Shown here: in pieces, positions 63,944 to 64,000 of the stretch
How the letters are laid out: every line of letters starts with the position of its first letter
How positions within the stretch are numbered: the first letter of the stretch is position 1
The notes under the pieces: generated by a model
Told to the model about the DNA's origin: nothing
Seen by the model: only the letters and a program-made list of their open reading frames with translations
Databases searched by the model: none
Position numbers and translations under genes: made by a program
Assembly: GCA_963728205.1 (NCBI GenBank)
Contig: CAVSIV010000006.1
Span: 992,001-1,056,000 of the forward strand
Source of the DNA: an uncultured Chloroflexia bacterium
Lineage (GTDB): Bacteria; Chloroflexota; Dehalococcoidia; UBA2979
Length of the DNA stretch: 64,000 nt
Direction: 5' to 3'

Positions 63944-64000
63944 GCGGCGGGGAAGCCTCCCGTGGGCGGCTCGCCGTCGGTGGGCGCCGACGGTTCGGGC

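Overview
A very GC-rich (roughly 70% or more, by eye), gene-dense stretch of bacterial core chromosome. Gene content suggests Chloroflexota, probably a non-dehalogenating Dehalococcoidia-type lineage (inference). It carries about 65 CDSs, mostly housekeeping: jag-pfkB-parA-parB, holB-ricT, murJ, rpsT, rimO, scpB, thpR, fabF, folC, FBP aldolase/phosphatase, rdgB, moaAC, tsaD, CIRCE-groESL, mutY, T-box-ileS, proB, a D,D-carboxypeptidase, DsbA-VKOR, rimI and ruvB. I saw no rRNA, tRNA, CRISPR array, transposase or integrase. Four genes (holB, rimO, a DUF1122-like gene, rdgB) each have one apparent +1 frameshift, most likely assembly errors. Most interesting observations: (1) an unannotated ~75-aa two-cysteine module shared by two unrelated secreted proteins that flank the DsbA-VKOR pair; (2) a 42-aa small protein missed by the ORF track, with its own promoter, palindromic operator, RBS and terminator; (3) a 9-aa uORF plus hairpin ahead of a SWIM-like gene; (4) a stand-alone HisKA_3-like protein lacking the phospho-His; (5) a complete ECF41 module with its cognate promoter; (6) many apparently leaderless genes; (7) a GIHH-type IleRS2. 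All family assignments are by motif recognition, not database search.
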